A stretch of 64,000 nucleotides of DNA, from assembly GCA_950097015.1 (NCBI GenBank), contig CATNEN010000001.1:2790001-2854000 (forward strand). The letters are read 5' to 3'. The notes beneath the pieces were generated by a model. The model was not told the DNA's origin and ran no database searches. It was given only the letters and a program-made list of their open reading frames with translations. A program made the translations under genes and the position numbers. Position 1 is the stretch's first letter. The number at the start of each line of letters is the position of its first letter. The stretch is from Macrostomum hystrix (Eukaryota; Animalia; Platyhelminthes). Shown here one piece after another: positions 9,994 through 20,590 of this stretch.

Positions 9994-11125
9994 ATGGCTT
10001 CCTACAACGGCAACAACGAGCACAAGCGGCCGAAGCTGATGATCGAAGGTTTGCGCCTCGGCTGGATGTCAGCCGCGATTACTGGCGAAGTGTCTGGCCA
10101 GACGACTGCCATTAGGAACTTCAATAGCACTAGAGGGCCAGGCCAGGTGTTTTCATTCATCCTTGTCGACAGCACTGCCGAGATTCGCGTCTGTGTTTTC
10201 GGCAAAGACCTGCAGGAGCTGCATGCCGTCTGCAGGGCGGGCCAGGCTGTCCGCATTGCCGGAGGCGAGGTGAAGATGGCGGCCGCTCAATTCAACACCG
10301 CGGACAACAAGTTCGAAATTGTTGTGTCTATCGACTCGAGAGGCAGCATTTATCGCAGCAACGAAGTTGTTGAACCGCGTGCACCCGTGTTTACGCCGAT
10401 TTCAGAACTCGAGTCCGTGGAGTCGAACAAGTAGGCGTCATGACTTTCAGACATTTTTTGGGTTTTATACTAAAAAATGGAACTCGTGCAATGCGGGAAT
10501 AAAAGACTGATATTTGAGTAATCAATACCACCAATTCCACAGGCACGTCAGTGTACGCGGTGCAATCGCGTCGATTCAGCCGGAAAGAGAAGTCACGAAG
10601 CGAGACGGATCTACGGTTACCCTCACAAAGGTGAAGCTGGTAGACGCTTCAAAGTCAACGGTGGAATGCGCCTTCTGGGGAGCCTCGACCTCCCAGGTGG
10701 CCGACTGGTCGGTTGGCGACGTTCTAGAAGTGCAGAGAGCAACGGCCCAGCAGTTTTCTGGACTTGTCAACCTGAGTTGCAAGGAAGCCAAGAAATGTGA
10801 TGCCACATCATGGCCAGAACTGCGGAGCCTGGTTGATTAGTCGGACTCAACCCAGGAGGATTTCTGTCCCGTGATGGCATCACAGCAGGCAAATTCTGAG
10901 CGGCACCGGCCGACACCGCAGCAGTCGAGGTCGGAAATCGTCATGGACTATCCCCGGAATTTCTACGAAGCGTACAGCAGTGTGCAGCAGCTCCGGCTTC
11001 GCTTTGAGGGCTTGGAGATAGTTTACACGCAGAGCAACCAGGAGCAGGCACATGTACAACCGCAGACCAGCACGCCAGAACCAAGCTTCCAGACTCATGA
11101 TGCTGATAAGAATTCAAATGAGTGA
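9994..11125 (+). pseudogene. RPA70-like ssDNA-binding protein (two OB folds), spliced, one premature TAG
   Basis: ATG in accATGg context. Exon 1 (9994-10430) has IRNFNSTRGPGQVFSFILVDSTAEIRVCVF (DBD-A-like). Intron 10431-10542 (gt..ag) preserves frame. Exon 2 has EVTKRDG...KLVDASKSTVECAFWG (DBD-B-like). TAG 10838-40 (likely TGG) is followed by an in-frame tail to 11125. Confidence 0.8.
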
Positions 11126-11157
11126 GTAAATTGGGACAGACTTAAAATTCAACTGTA

Positions 11158-12058
11158 TTATTAAAGTCACATTGAGTCTCAGTGAAGTATTTTTGCCCGG
11201 ATGATTCACTGAGTAAATCCTACTATTTAAGGGTAGGTCGCTGCAAATCAGATTATGGGCTGACAGAGAGTCTGTGAACTGTACATATCAGCTGCTTTAT
11301 GTACTGCTGGAGGTTCCAAACTCTGATAAATGGGATTTGCAGCTGGCGAGCTCTGAAGCAGCTATTATGCAGAGCTGGTGAAAGTGACTTTGTGTGTAAT
11401 GGTGGCCGCAGGAATGTCCCATTGCTTATACCCAATGCATGCAACTATCGCAGTGAAGCGAGTCAGGCAGTAGTCAGAATGACTTGAGTTATCAGTGCCT
11501 CTGTTGCACCAGTCTCTGGCTACTGCTTGATGGTTTTACCTGCTTAATCGACAGTTCCTACTGCCCCATAACTGCTTTTTTAGTGCAATTATTACATGTT
11601 ATTTTTTAAATAAAAAATATAATTGATTATAGTGCAAGGTAGCCATAATAACATTTTGTAGTCCCTCTTGCAGCAAGGGCAGATGGTTGCATTATTTTTT
11701 TTATTTTAAAGATTCCTGATTTCCTAACTTTTTGGTGCATATAAATAAATAAAAGTGTATAAAATTAATTCCGGGTTCAGTTTGAAACTTATTGCATGCT
11801 TATTTATATAAATTAAATCAATGTTCATAATGTTCATAATATAATTCATACTTAGACTAGCAAACAGTATGTAAAAAAACTAAAAAATCACTGTCAGTGC
11901 ATTACATATCGTCGGGTATACATTGCATTGTAAGCCAGATTGAAGGCTACTTTGTTTGCCAATTGACACCAACAATTGTCAAGCACTTTGCATATGGAAG
12001 AGGAATAAAATGGTTCTATTCAGTAAAAGTGATTACTTACTTGCAGAACATTACATGT
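11158..12058 (+). repeat. ~0.9 kb direct repeat, copy 2 (after RPA-like gene)
   Basis: Near-identical to 922-1838. Confidence 0.95.
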
Positions 12059-12840
12059 TTTATATAAAATGGGATTTGATTCAAAATAATTTTTGACAAT
12101 GTGAATGAGGCATTTAAGAAAAGAGAAGTCTGTTGAGGAGTGTGACTAGAAAAAAGAATTTAGTATGATAAATATATGTCATATATCTTAGCTATATAAA
12201 GCCAGTGTTAGCTTTATTAAAAGCGTCAAAGGTCGAAGGATGTAGCTCCAGTTGCTTTTGCAAAGTCCATTCACAATAAGATAGCTGCATTGAACTGACT
12301 CCTTAAGTCATTTATTATAATAATAGCGGCCTCATTCAAGGGCAATAGTTGCAATGCTGAGCTACTTATTGTTTGGAACATTGCAGTCGCAGTTAGTACA
12401 ATGAGCAGGGCTTAGAAATTCACTTACAAATGAAGAAAGTCAAAAATTTGACTGGATGTGTATAAAACTGTAGTACACATGAGCAATACAAGCAACAAGA
12501 AAATCGGAATAAAGCAAGTCATTTCTCGGAAAGTCGCAATTTCGTGGAATAAAATTTAATTTAATTTTCAGTTACAACTAAAAAAGTGCTCTCAACAGTT
12601 TTATGAATTAAATAAATAAGATAGTTTTTATCAAACACGTTGACATATACAGGGCTCCAAACTAAAAAACTGTAAAAAGTTGATAGTTTTGTTTTACCTA
12701 AAATGCGTTATTAACGATCTCCAAAAATTCCTATTTTAAGCTTAAGCTTAAGAAAGACACTTAAAGTACTCCTGCTAAAAGGTATATATTAGACGAATGT
12801 TAATTATTTCTGCTCCCCGAAGGGGGGCAAAACTTGCTAG

Positions 12841-14091
12841 TCCACTATACTAAAAATGAAATGCTTGGTTACTTGGTTGTAATTGATTTTCTCCCGAACG
12901 GCTCAACCGATTTTCACCATTTCTTCACCAAAAGATGTCAAATATGGGGACAATTATACACGTATTTTTATTAAGCTTAACTTTATTGCTAAAGGGATTA
13001 AATATTCGAAAAACATGATTTTTCAAAGGTCAAACATCGTGGCCTATTGAGAATTTTACTCACTGCCACTGAATTAGAATTGCATCGTCAAATTGCGCAA
13101 CAACCCCTGGCTGATTGAATTTGAAGCATGCACTCTGGAGACAAATTGGAAATAAATGTACACAACCAACCGCGAGACTGAGTGTACTCTATTTTCTTAC
13201 TTCATTGTACAAAGCCAGAACTTTGAGAATTCATTTTATAAGGCTGATTTCTGCACCCACTAACCAACAGTCGGAATAGCCGATGTGTAGGCACTGGGAA
13301 TAAGTTAGGCTAGGCTAGGGTTCGATTCTGCACTGCGTCAAATCATTTAGACTAATTTTCAGCCAGTAGTGATTGGTATCAGGCACAGGTTCGTTATATA
13401 ATAAACGGAAAATAAATTCCTGTATTTATCTATCTATCTATCTATCTATACACGATCCATATACGATCCTAAAATATTTGCAAATTGCTTTCTCGATTGC
13501 ACAGGGTGAGAAGTCTGAGCAGTCCGATCTCGACAGCGATGCCTTTGTAAACGGTCGCGCCACCAAAGTGACTACAGCGGTCGAGGACTCCGACGTTAAA
13601 GAGACCTGTCGGACCAAGTCGCTCATCGATTTTCAGCGAGGCCGCGCAACTACGGAGGCGCAACTTGCCCCTGAGGACGACGGCGAGTGGCAGTCATCGG
13701 ACGATGAGGATTCTCGGACGTGGCTGCAGCGGACAGCGGCGCTGATGCGTCTTGTCGGCCGGAGTCACCCACAGGGGCTGCAGCTGTGGCGGACAGCGAC
13801 GCCGACGCGTCTTGCCGGCCGAAGTCCCCGACTGCGGCAGCAGTAGCAGCAGCAGCAACTGCAGCGGGTGATGCGATGGAGTTCCAAGAGGAGCTGGATT
13901 CGGAGAGGGAGGACAGGCAGCAGAAAGCCCGGAGCAGGGAGTCTCGCGGTGGCTGTGCGCTGCAGGAAGCTGGCAAGAGTCGGTGGAACGGCCGCGGCAA
14001 CGGCTGTGTCGGCGACGGCGAGGGTAGCGAGAGCGACTTCGGCGACGACCAGTCCGGCGGCGAGGACAACGACCGAGGCGCAGCAGCAGCG
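12841..14091 (+). mobile_element. 5' part of a second Helitron joined directly to the preceding CTAG, truncated by an LTR remnant
   Basis: Begins TCcactatactaaaaa and carries aacggctcaaccgatttt, both typical of Helitron 5' subterminal sequence. Contains a degenerate acidic exon (~13505-14090) with a 60-nt duplication. Confidence 0.55.
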
Positions 14092-14157
14092 GCCTAAAAA
14101 ATGAAAAATTCTGCTGGCTCACATTCCCACTCGATTTCCGCAGCACACTCCACATCA
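14092..14157 (-). mobile_element. Terminal remnant of the long-LTR family
   Basis: gcctaaaaa...gctggctcacattcccactcgat..cgcagcacactccacatca matches the LTR end at 22861-22927. Confidence 0.85.
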
Positions 14158-15501
14158 CGATCAATAATTTTGATTAAGGAGACTCGTCCGACTCCCGATA
14201 AGTCTTTTGAGTGTTGTGCATCAACATATCAAGACTGCGATTGGTGGGCATAGAAGCTTTTCTTCATCCAGAGCTGCTTCACCAGACCCAGTAAGTTTTC
14301 TTACTGCTTAAGACATGCTTGCACTAACAAACCATATTTTCACTTTAGTCTGATACAAAAAATAATTCAAGTATACAAAAAAATCAATCATAAGCTCTAC
14401 TTTTAATAAAATGCTAAAGAGAAGATAAGAAGCTAAACCTAAGATCAATTTTAGCACATTATTAGTGCTCTCAAGCTAGGTCTACCCACAGATACTAGAA
14501 TAACTAGATATGTCACTCTTAGCAAAATTGGTAAAATAGTGAGTTTCTACTTTTTTGCAGTAGACATATTTGCATCATGCCGCTAATTTTCTCGCGCGCT
14601 GAAAAAAGAAATGTTTTTTCGCGAAGGCCTTGGGTTGGGTCTAGAATATCTGTGGTTGGTTCTTGCGACGTCTCGCGTGTGTACATACAAAATTTAGTGG
14701 GTATGAAAGTCGTAAACAAGATTTGGCCAAGTGTACATAGGGCCAAGTGAGAGAGAATGGGAGTGACACGGCTCCACATATCTCTGCGTCGTTCTGGGAA
14801 GCTGTGGGCCATGCACGGGACAAGCGACTCGCTGTTCGAGTCCCACCTGCAGGAATACCTGAGCATATCCAAAATTCAACGCACGAATCGTAATATAATT
14901 TCCCACTATAGTTTGGACAGAGACATGAGAAATTGGACATGAGATCTTTAGTAGGATAAAGGATTATATGTATAGAGTATAGAGATGTCATGTGGGCCTA
15001 AATAATCAATAATTTTAGCTGTCCATTAGGAACAATGATCTATTATTTCTATATATGCTCCTAAGAATTTTATCAAGTTTTATTAAAATCTTTTTGCTAT
15101 TTTTCATTGTTTTCTTTCTATAGGCCTAGGCCTATTTCACCATTATTTTCTATCATAATCCTCTCTCTACCTTTCTAGTTGAGCCCAAGGCATAGTAGAC
15201 AATATATTATCTCCTAGGCTATCTTATCTAGGCTTACTTGCCTGAACTACCCATCATAGACTACCCTAGTCAGGCAACCCTCTTAGGCTACCCTGCCTAT
15301 GTTTGCCTTTAAAAGCTACCTTTATAAGCTACTTTCCTAGGCTACTTTATCTAGGATACCCTGACTTGACTAGCTATCTATAAAAAGCTACCCTCACAAG
15401 CTACACCTAATAAAGCTACTCACATGGGCTACCCTTTGTAGCTTTCCCCTTCTATGCTACCCTTGTTGGTTACCCTTGCAAGCTACCCAACATAGGCTAC
15501 C

Positions 15502-17345
15502 CACGGACTACTCAAGTAGAAGGACGTAACACTCTAAAATGATGCAAATTTTTTTGAAGGCCGATTTTTCTAACTGCTGCCATTTTTATATTTGTAGATA
15601 AAGAGCTGATTCTTTCACCAGGTTGTCCAGAATTTATTCCAATTTCATATAAAATATTAATTGTAGCTTTAAAAGCATTTTTGCGGAATAAAAGTACAGT
15701 AGAGTAGATGTACCCCTAGAAATTCCGAAAGCTACGAAGCTAAGACACTATGAAGATGATTCTACTGCTCTTTAAAAGTTACTCACGATGACTAATTACT
15801 CAGAACTAGGCATACATTCATTCTCTACACAGTAACAGAAAAACAACGCAAAGACAATCGCATCCTGCAGACCTGCTGTAGGAAGCTGTAGCGAAAAGTT
15901 TGTATAAAACTTGAAAGAAATAAACCTAGAGAATCAACTGGTCACAGAAAACGCTTTACTTTTATCATCCGAGCATTTTCAGTCCAGTGTTGGGCACAAA
16001 TCTTTTTTATTGTGGTCACCTATGAAATTCAAGTGCACACTTGCTTGACCAAACTTAATAATAGTGCATAAGATAATATATCTATTATAACAACACATAT
16101 GTACCTTAACTGAAGTGGGCAAAGCCATCATCCAGGCATCACAATCTGCTTTGTCCTTTGGAAAGCTATAAACAGCAACCTTTGGACCAGTCAAATATTT
16201 CTCTTTGCAGTTGGGAATGCCGCACTTGAATGGCATTAACAATGGATAGCTGTAATAATATGTGATAAGCTGATAAAGTTAGGCATAAGCAGTGAGTTAG
16301 ATTTCTCAATTGAAGATGCAAAATATAACATTGATTAGGCCTAGAGACTAGGGTGGAGTAGGCCCTAGGATAATTTGGTTAAGGGAAATCTTTGTCCAGG
16401 GCAGAAATGTAAGCAATTGAAATCAATATATACAATATCTAAAAATACATAGTTCTTTAAAGTTATGGAATCCAAATGACAAAACTACCCTTTTAATTGC
16501 AACAACAAAAGTAGGCTAGCTTATATTACTAGATAGGCCTACCCACCTTACTATATATTTAATTTTATTTAAAAGTTTGAATCTCATTATTATCTGACAG
16601 AGTGTCACTCAGATTAACATGAACTATTTCCTAAAATGGCATACATAGCCAAGTTTACTTACAAATTAAAAGTTAAATAGTGGATTATGATTTACAAATC
16701 ACAAAAGACATTTACATTTAGAAAATTTCATGTGTTTATTCTAACTCTATACAGGGCTTAGACCTTAGGTTAAATAGCATAGGTGGTACACAGTAGACAT
16801 GTATTTGGAATGCCTACAACAGCTGTATCAATGAATTGCAGTGGATGAAAACACTAATTAGGGAACTTGGTTGGAGTGTGGATATATACATATAATTGAG
16901 TATATTATGAATGAGTGTCCATTCTCAAACTTAGCATCTTGTTATCATGTTTGTATAACACGAGATATGCTATGGCAGTGCAAAGTTAATTTTTTTGTTG
17001 GAGAGTTTTAATATAGAAGGCCTGATATGCTAGGCCAGCCTAGCTATAGTTTAGCTAGCCAAAGGGCATATATATGTAATTTCATGACTACGTCAAAATG
17101 TGATAAAACTGTATCTGTAGAACGTTTTCGCGACTAAAACATAATAGAAACCAATAGAACAGGGTCTTGTTAGTAAAATGTTAGATGAGTTTTTTTGAAG
17201 CAGGCTTAAATCAATTACAACAGGCCTCCGAATATTAAAAACGTGAAATTTTGCTATCACACCAATGTATTTTGATGAAAATAGGACTTCAAAAAAATTT
17301 CCACGAAATCCGAGTGTAACATCCTTTATCTACTAGTGGTCCTTG
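15502..17345 (-). mobile_element. P-element-superfamily non-autonomous DNA transposon
   Basis: Imperfect ~30-bp TIRs (cacggactactcaagtagaaggacgtaacactc versus rc caaggaccactagtagataaaggatgttacactc). 8-bp TSD aggctacc/aggctaac. Contains a THAP domain. Confidence 0.75.
15935..16236 (-). pseudogene. THAP-domain remnant (transposase N-terminus), two exons
   Basis: MPFKCGIPNC...YSFP...W...VK | intron 16104-16020 | VTTIKKICAQHW gives the C2CH THAP signature, then the frame is lost. Confidence 0.75.
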
Positions 17346-17439
17346 AGGCTAACCTGTTCAAGATACTCTTGCATTACCCCTCGATGGAGGGGTATTAATA
17401 GGCTAGTAGGCTAGCCAACTAGTAGACTACCTGCTAAGG

Positions 17440-17860
17440 TTATTGCTTAAAACTACCCTTCCCAGGCTCCCCTTCACAAGCTTACCCTCATACATAGGCT
17501 ACCCCTTGTATGTTCCCCTCCCTAGCTACCCCTTCTAGGCTACCCTGCCTAGGCTACTCTTCAGAAGCTGCCCTGCCAGGCTTCCCCTTAGAAGCTGCCC
17601 TCGCTCAGAAGCTTCCTTGCCAGACTACCCCTTTGATGCTACCCTCCCTGGCTATCCAGCCTAGGCTATTCCTCACACTACCCTCCCTGGCTACACTGCC
17701 TAGGCTACCCCTCAAAAGCTGCCCTCCCTGCCTAGGCTACCCCTCAAAAGCTACCCTCCTACCTAGCCTACCCCTCAAAAGCTACCCTCCATGCCTAGCC
17801 CCAACTCTCAAAAGCTACCCTCCCTGCCTAGCCTACCCCTCAAAGGCTACCCTCCCTGCC
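17440..17860. repeat. Degenerate (gctaccc)-rich ~32-bp minisatellite
   Basis: Continuous with the similar tract at 15230-15500, which the P-type element split. Inverted copies lie at ~20280-20350. Confidence 0.8.
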
Positions 17861-18179
17861 TTATGAATTATGAATTATGAATTATTATATATAATGTAGA
17901 TTGTAGAATCAACTTTTCTCTTTTAGACCGCATTAAAGCACTCAAGTCATCGTTGCGAAAGTTGAGTCCGATTCAGTTAGCCCGACTGCGAAACCTCGTG
18001 GATGCTAAGAATGCGGATTTCAAAATAGAAATAGAAATAGAAATAGAAATAGAAATGTGATCCTTTATTGTGTTTATTTGTTACTTGTACTTTTAATATG
18101 CATTTCACACTAGCCTTGTCTATCTCTATCTTGGTAGTGTCTTGCTAGCGGAGAAACCATAGTCAAATCAGATTCTGCG

Positions 18180-19040
18180 TTGAATCTTCTCACCCTGCAT
18201 TGGTGCTATACGTTTTCATGCTGCGGTGAAATGCTCCGCTATCCAAGCTTCCTTGTGCTTAGAATTCCTAAACCAGCAGCTCTCCATCTCTTTAATTCGC
18301 TTTCTCCGCTCATGTATGAAGCAGAGGAGATTTGCTTTGTTTCAGTATATATTTGTGCTGATGGTAGCGATTTGTCAGTGCTGAGCAGCTGCACAGCGGC
18401 CATCCAATGCCAAACGATGACGCTGACAGCTACTTTTATTGCTGACCTAAATGCGCTTGGACTTAGCCCGCTGTCCGTTGTGACTGGTCCCTCCTGCCTG
18501 TACTTGTACTGCAAAAGAGTATGCGCAAGTACCCTGTCCTCTGCGTAGTTATATATATATTATTCCTTCAAAAGATGCCACATCGTTATATCCAGCCCCT
18601 GCATTAATTCAGACGCTTCACATAATTGCAGGTGCGCACATGCGAGTCAGCTAACGCAGACGCGGCACTTTGCATCCGACTTCCCAACGGAGAAATGTAC
18701 GTCTATGAAACAACGAATTCTGTTGGCGAAATAAAGAGGTCGGGCCAACATAATGTAAGTTTTTCTCATTGATGGAACGCAAAAAATAGTATATTATACC
18801 TGATGTATTAACGAAATATGCTACACAATTTTATATTTTAGCAAATGTCTGCGAGTAATCCCGACGGAACTTTATCTGTCCCTGTCCTTCGCCAAAAAGT
18901 TGGTTCATTTTTGTCGCATTCTTTCAGTAAGTGTCTGTGTCAATTAAAATTGCTATTAAGTACGACCATAATGTCGTTAAGAAGCTTTTTCCACGACAGT
19001 TTCCTGTGGCGGTTCCGGCCGGCTGGAATACAAAAGGTAC
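18180..19040 (-). pseudogene. Possible degenerate Ulp1/C48 protease-like exons
   Basis: The minus strand gives SWKKLLNDIMV, EPTFW, VIVWHWMAAV and PQHENV*HQCRV in the order of the Ulp1 motifs WLND, TFF, HW and PQQxNxxDCG. Confidence 0.3.
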
Positions 19041-19169
19041 TCTATGCACTGGTTAAATTAGCCTGTCGGTGTTCCATCGGATCAGGCACCAAAGCGGCTC
19101 AGCTCGGCTCAGCTTAAAGCCATTTGGAATGCCAGAAAAAGATTCAATTTTGCAGGGATCCGTTTGATG

Positions 19170-19355
19170 CTGTCGCTTCGGCTGCAGTGAGCGCCGGCTC
19201 AAGCGGAGGTGGACTGCCAGATGGTGTACTGCCTGCCGCTTCGGCTGCAGTGAGCGCCGGCTCAAGCGGAGGTCGACTGCGAGATGGTGTACTGCCTGCC
19301 GCTTCGGCTGCAGTGAGCGCCGGCTCAAGCGGAGGTCGACTGCGAGATGGTGTAT
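19170..19355. repeat. 60-bp tandem repeat x3
   Basis: gcttcggctgcagtgagcgccggctcaagcggaggt.gactgc.agatggtgta is repeated. Confidence 0.9.
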
Positions 19356-19434
19356 CGTCCTCTTATCTACATGTATCCTCCTCAACATCCCTTTGTCTAG
19401 ATGCGAATTGCGTTAGAACTGAATAGAGATCTCA

Positions 19435-20038
19435 CATTCCACTTTTGCACAACATGAGGCGGGTTGTGCTTGTGTTCAGAGGCAATGCACGTGTCACACA
19501 CTTGAAGTAAATGACACTTTTCGCACCGAAAGATGTCATAATTTACTTCAAGGCATTTCGAGCATGAGCCACCATTAGGTACACTTAAGTAGGTCGCAAG
19601 GCCGGCTTCCAGGTGAGCAGATATTGCCCTCCACTTCTCCTCCTCCGTCTCGACGTATGTCATACCGACTGGGAGTGGGGCCCATGACATTGTCACTGTC
19701 ATTGTCAACTAGCTGCTGCTCTTCAACCTGGTCCAGTGCTGGTGCTAAGTCTTCGTGCCTTGTGCTGGATCCACTAGCAACAGAGCTATCAAAGAAAAAA
19801 TAGTAGGGGCTTGTCAACTTGGTATTTGAAACAGAATCACATATAGTCCAAGGTGTAGCTAGTTGCTTATGAACAGATGACTCTAAATTATTTACAATTC
19901 AAGGAATTACTCATAATCATCTGTGGGAGAAATGTATGTACTAACTTACAAATGAGTTGGATCAAGTACTATCCTAACAGTTCGCCGCTTTGGCTGGTGA
20001 AATTCTATTTGGCGAACAATTTGCTTGCGCTTTGGCAT
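19435..20038 (-). pseudogene. Cysteine-cluster (CxC-type, KDZ-transposon-associated) gene remnant, spliced and frameshifted
   Basis: Exon MPKRKQIVRQIEF... ends at gtaagt (~19950). Then CSKC...FRCEKC...CDTCIASEHKHNPPHVVQKWN. Confidence 0.55.
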
Positions 20039-20590
20039 CTATAAAGCTGAAATATGAGAGTGATGGGTAGGCCTATAATATTATACTGACTATGTAGTGC
20101 TTTTTATAGCCAAATGCCATTAAATAATTAATGTATGAAATGTATGAAAGTTATTAAATAACAAAAAGGACAGGAAATAATAGAAGGAAGCATGGGAAAG
20201 GATAAGAAAAAAATGATGGTGAGAAAGTAGACAAGGCAAATATAAGGAAACCATGGGAATCTAGGCTATATTAGACAAGTTAGCCTTAGAAGGTAAAGTA
20301 GGCAAGGTAGCCTAGCCAAGGTAGCATAGTTAAGGTAGCATAGCTGGGTAGCATGAGTAACAAACGTAGCCTACCAAATTGAAAAAAAAAACCTTAGAAA
20401 GGCTACAATAATATTGGATCATAGTTATAGTCCTAGGACTCCTAGGGCATTAGTCCTAATCTTAGGGTCAAGAAGATAGACACTAGATAATCGTAGGCCT
20501 ATGGGCCCTATGACATCCTTAAAATCCTATAGTAGTCATCTGTAGTCAAATAGTCAAATAGGCTATAGCCTACTAGAAAATAGGCAGAAA

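Larger units (their letters stand above)
1..12840 (+). mobile_element. Helitron (5' end outside window) with cargo genes; 3' terminus hairpin + CTAG
   Basis: PIF1 helicase, RPA70-like gene, hairpin tgctcccc-gaa-ggggggca (12811-12829) followed by CTAG (12837-12840) and T. Continuity of the whole span as one element is inferred. Confidence 0.65.

Noticed and set aside
14519-14991. Coding-looking fragment
   Set aside because: No recognisable motif, and stops occur in the plausible frames.
17510-17866. 118-aa Pro/Leu-rich ORF
   Set aside because: It is a translation of a minisatellite.
18022-18070. (ATAGAA)n tract as LINE 3' tail
   Set aside because: AATAAA plus a repeat is suggestive on the minus strand, but no LINE coding sequence is adjacent.
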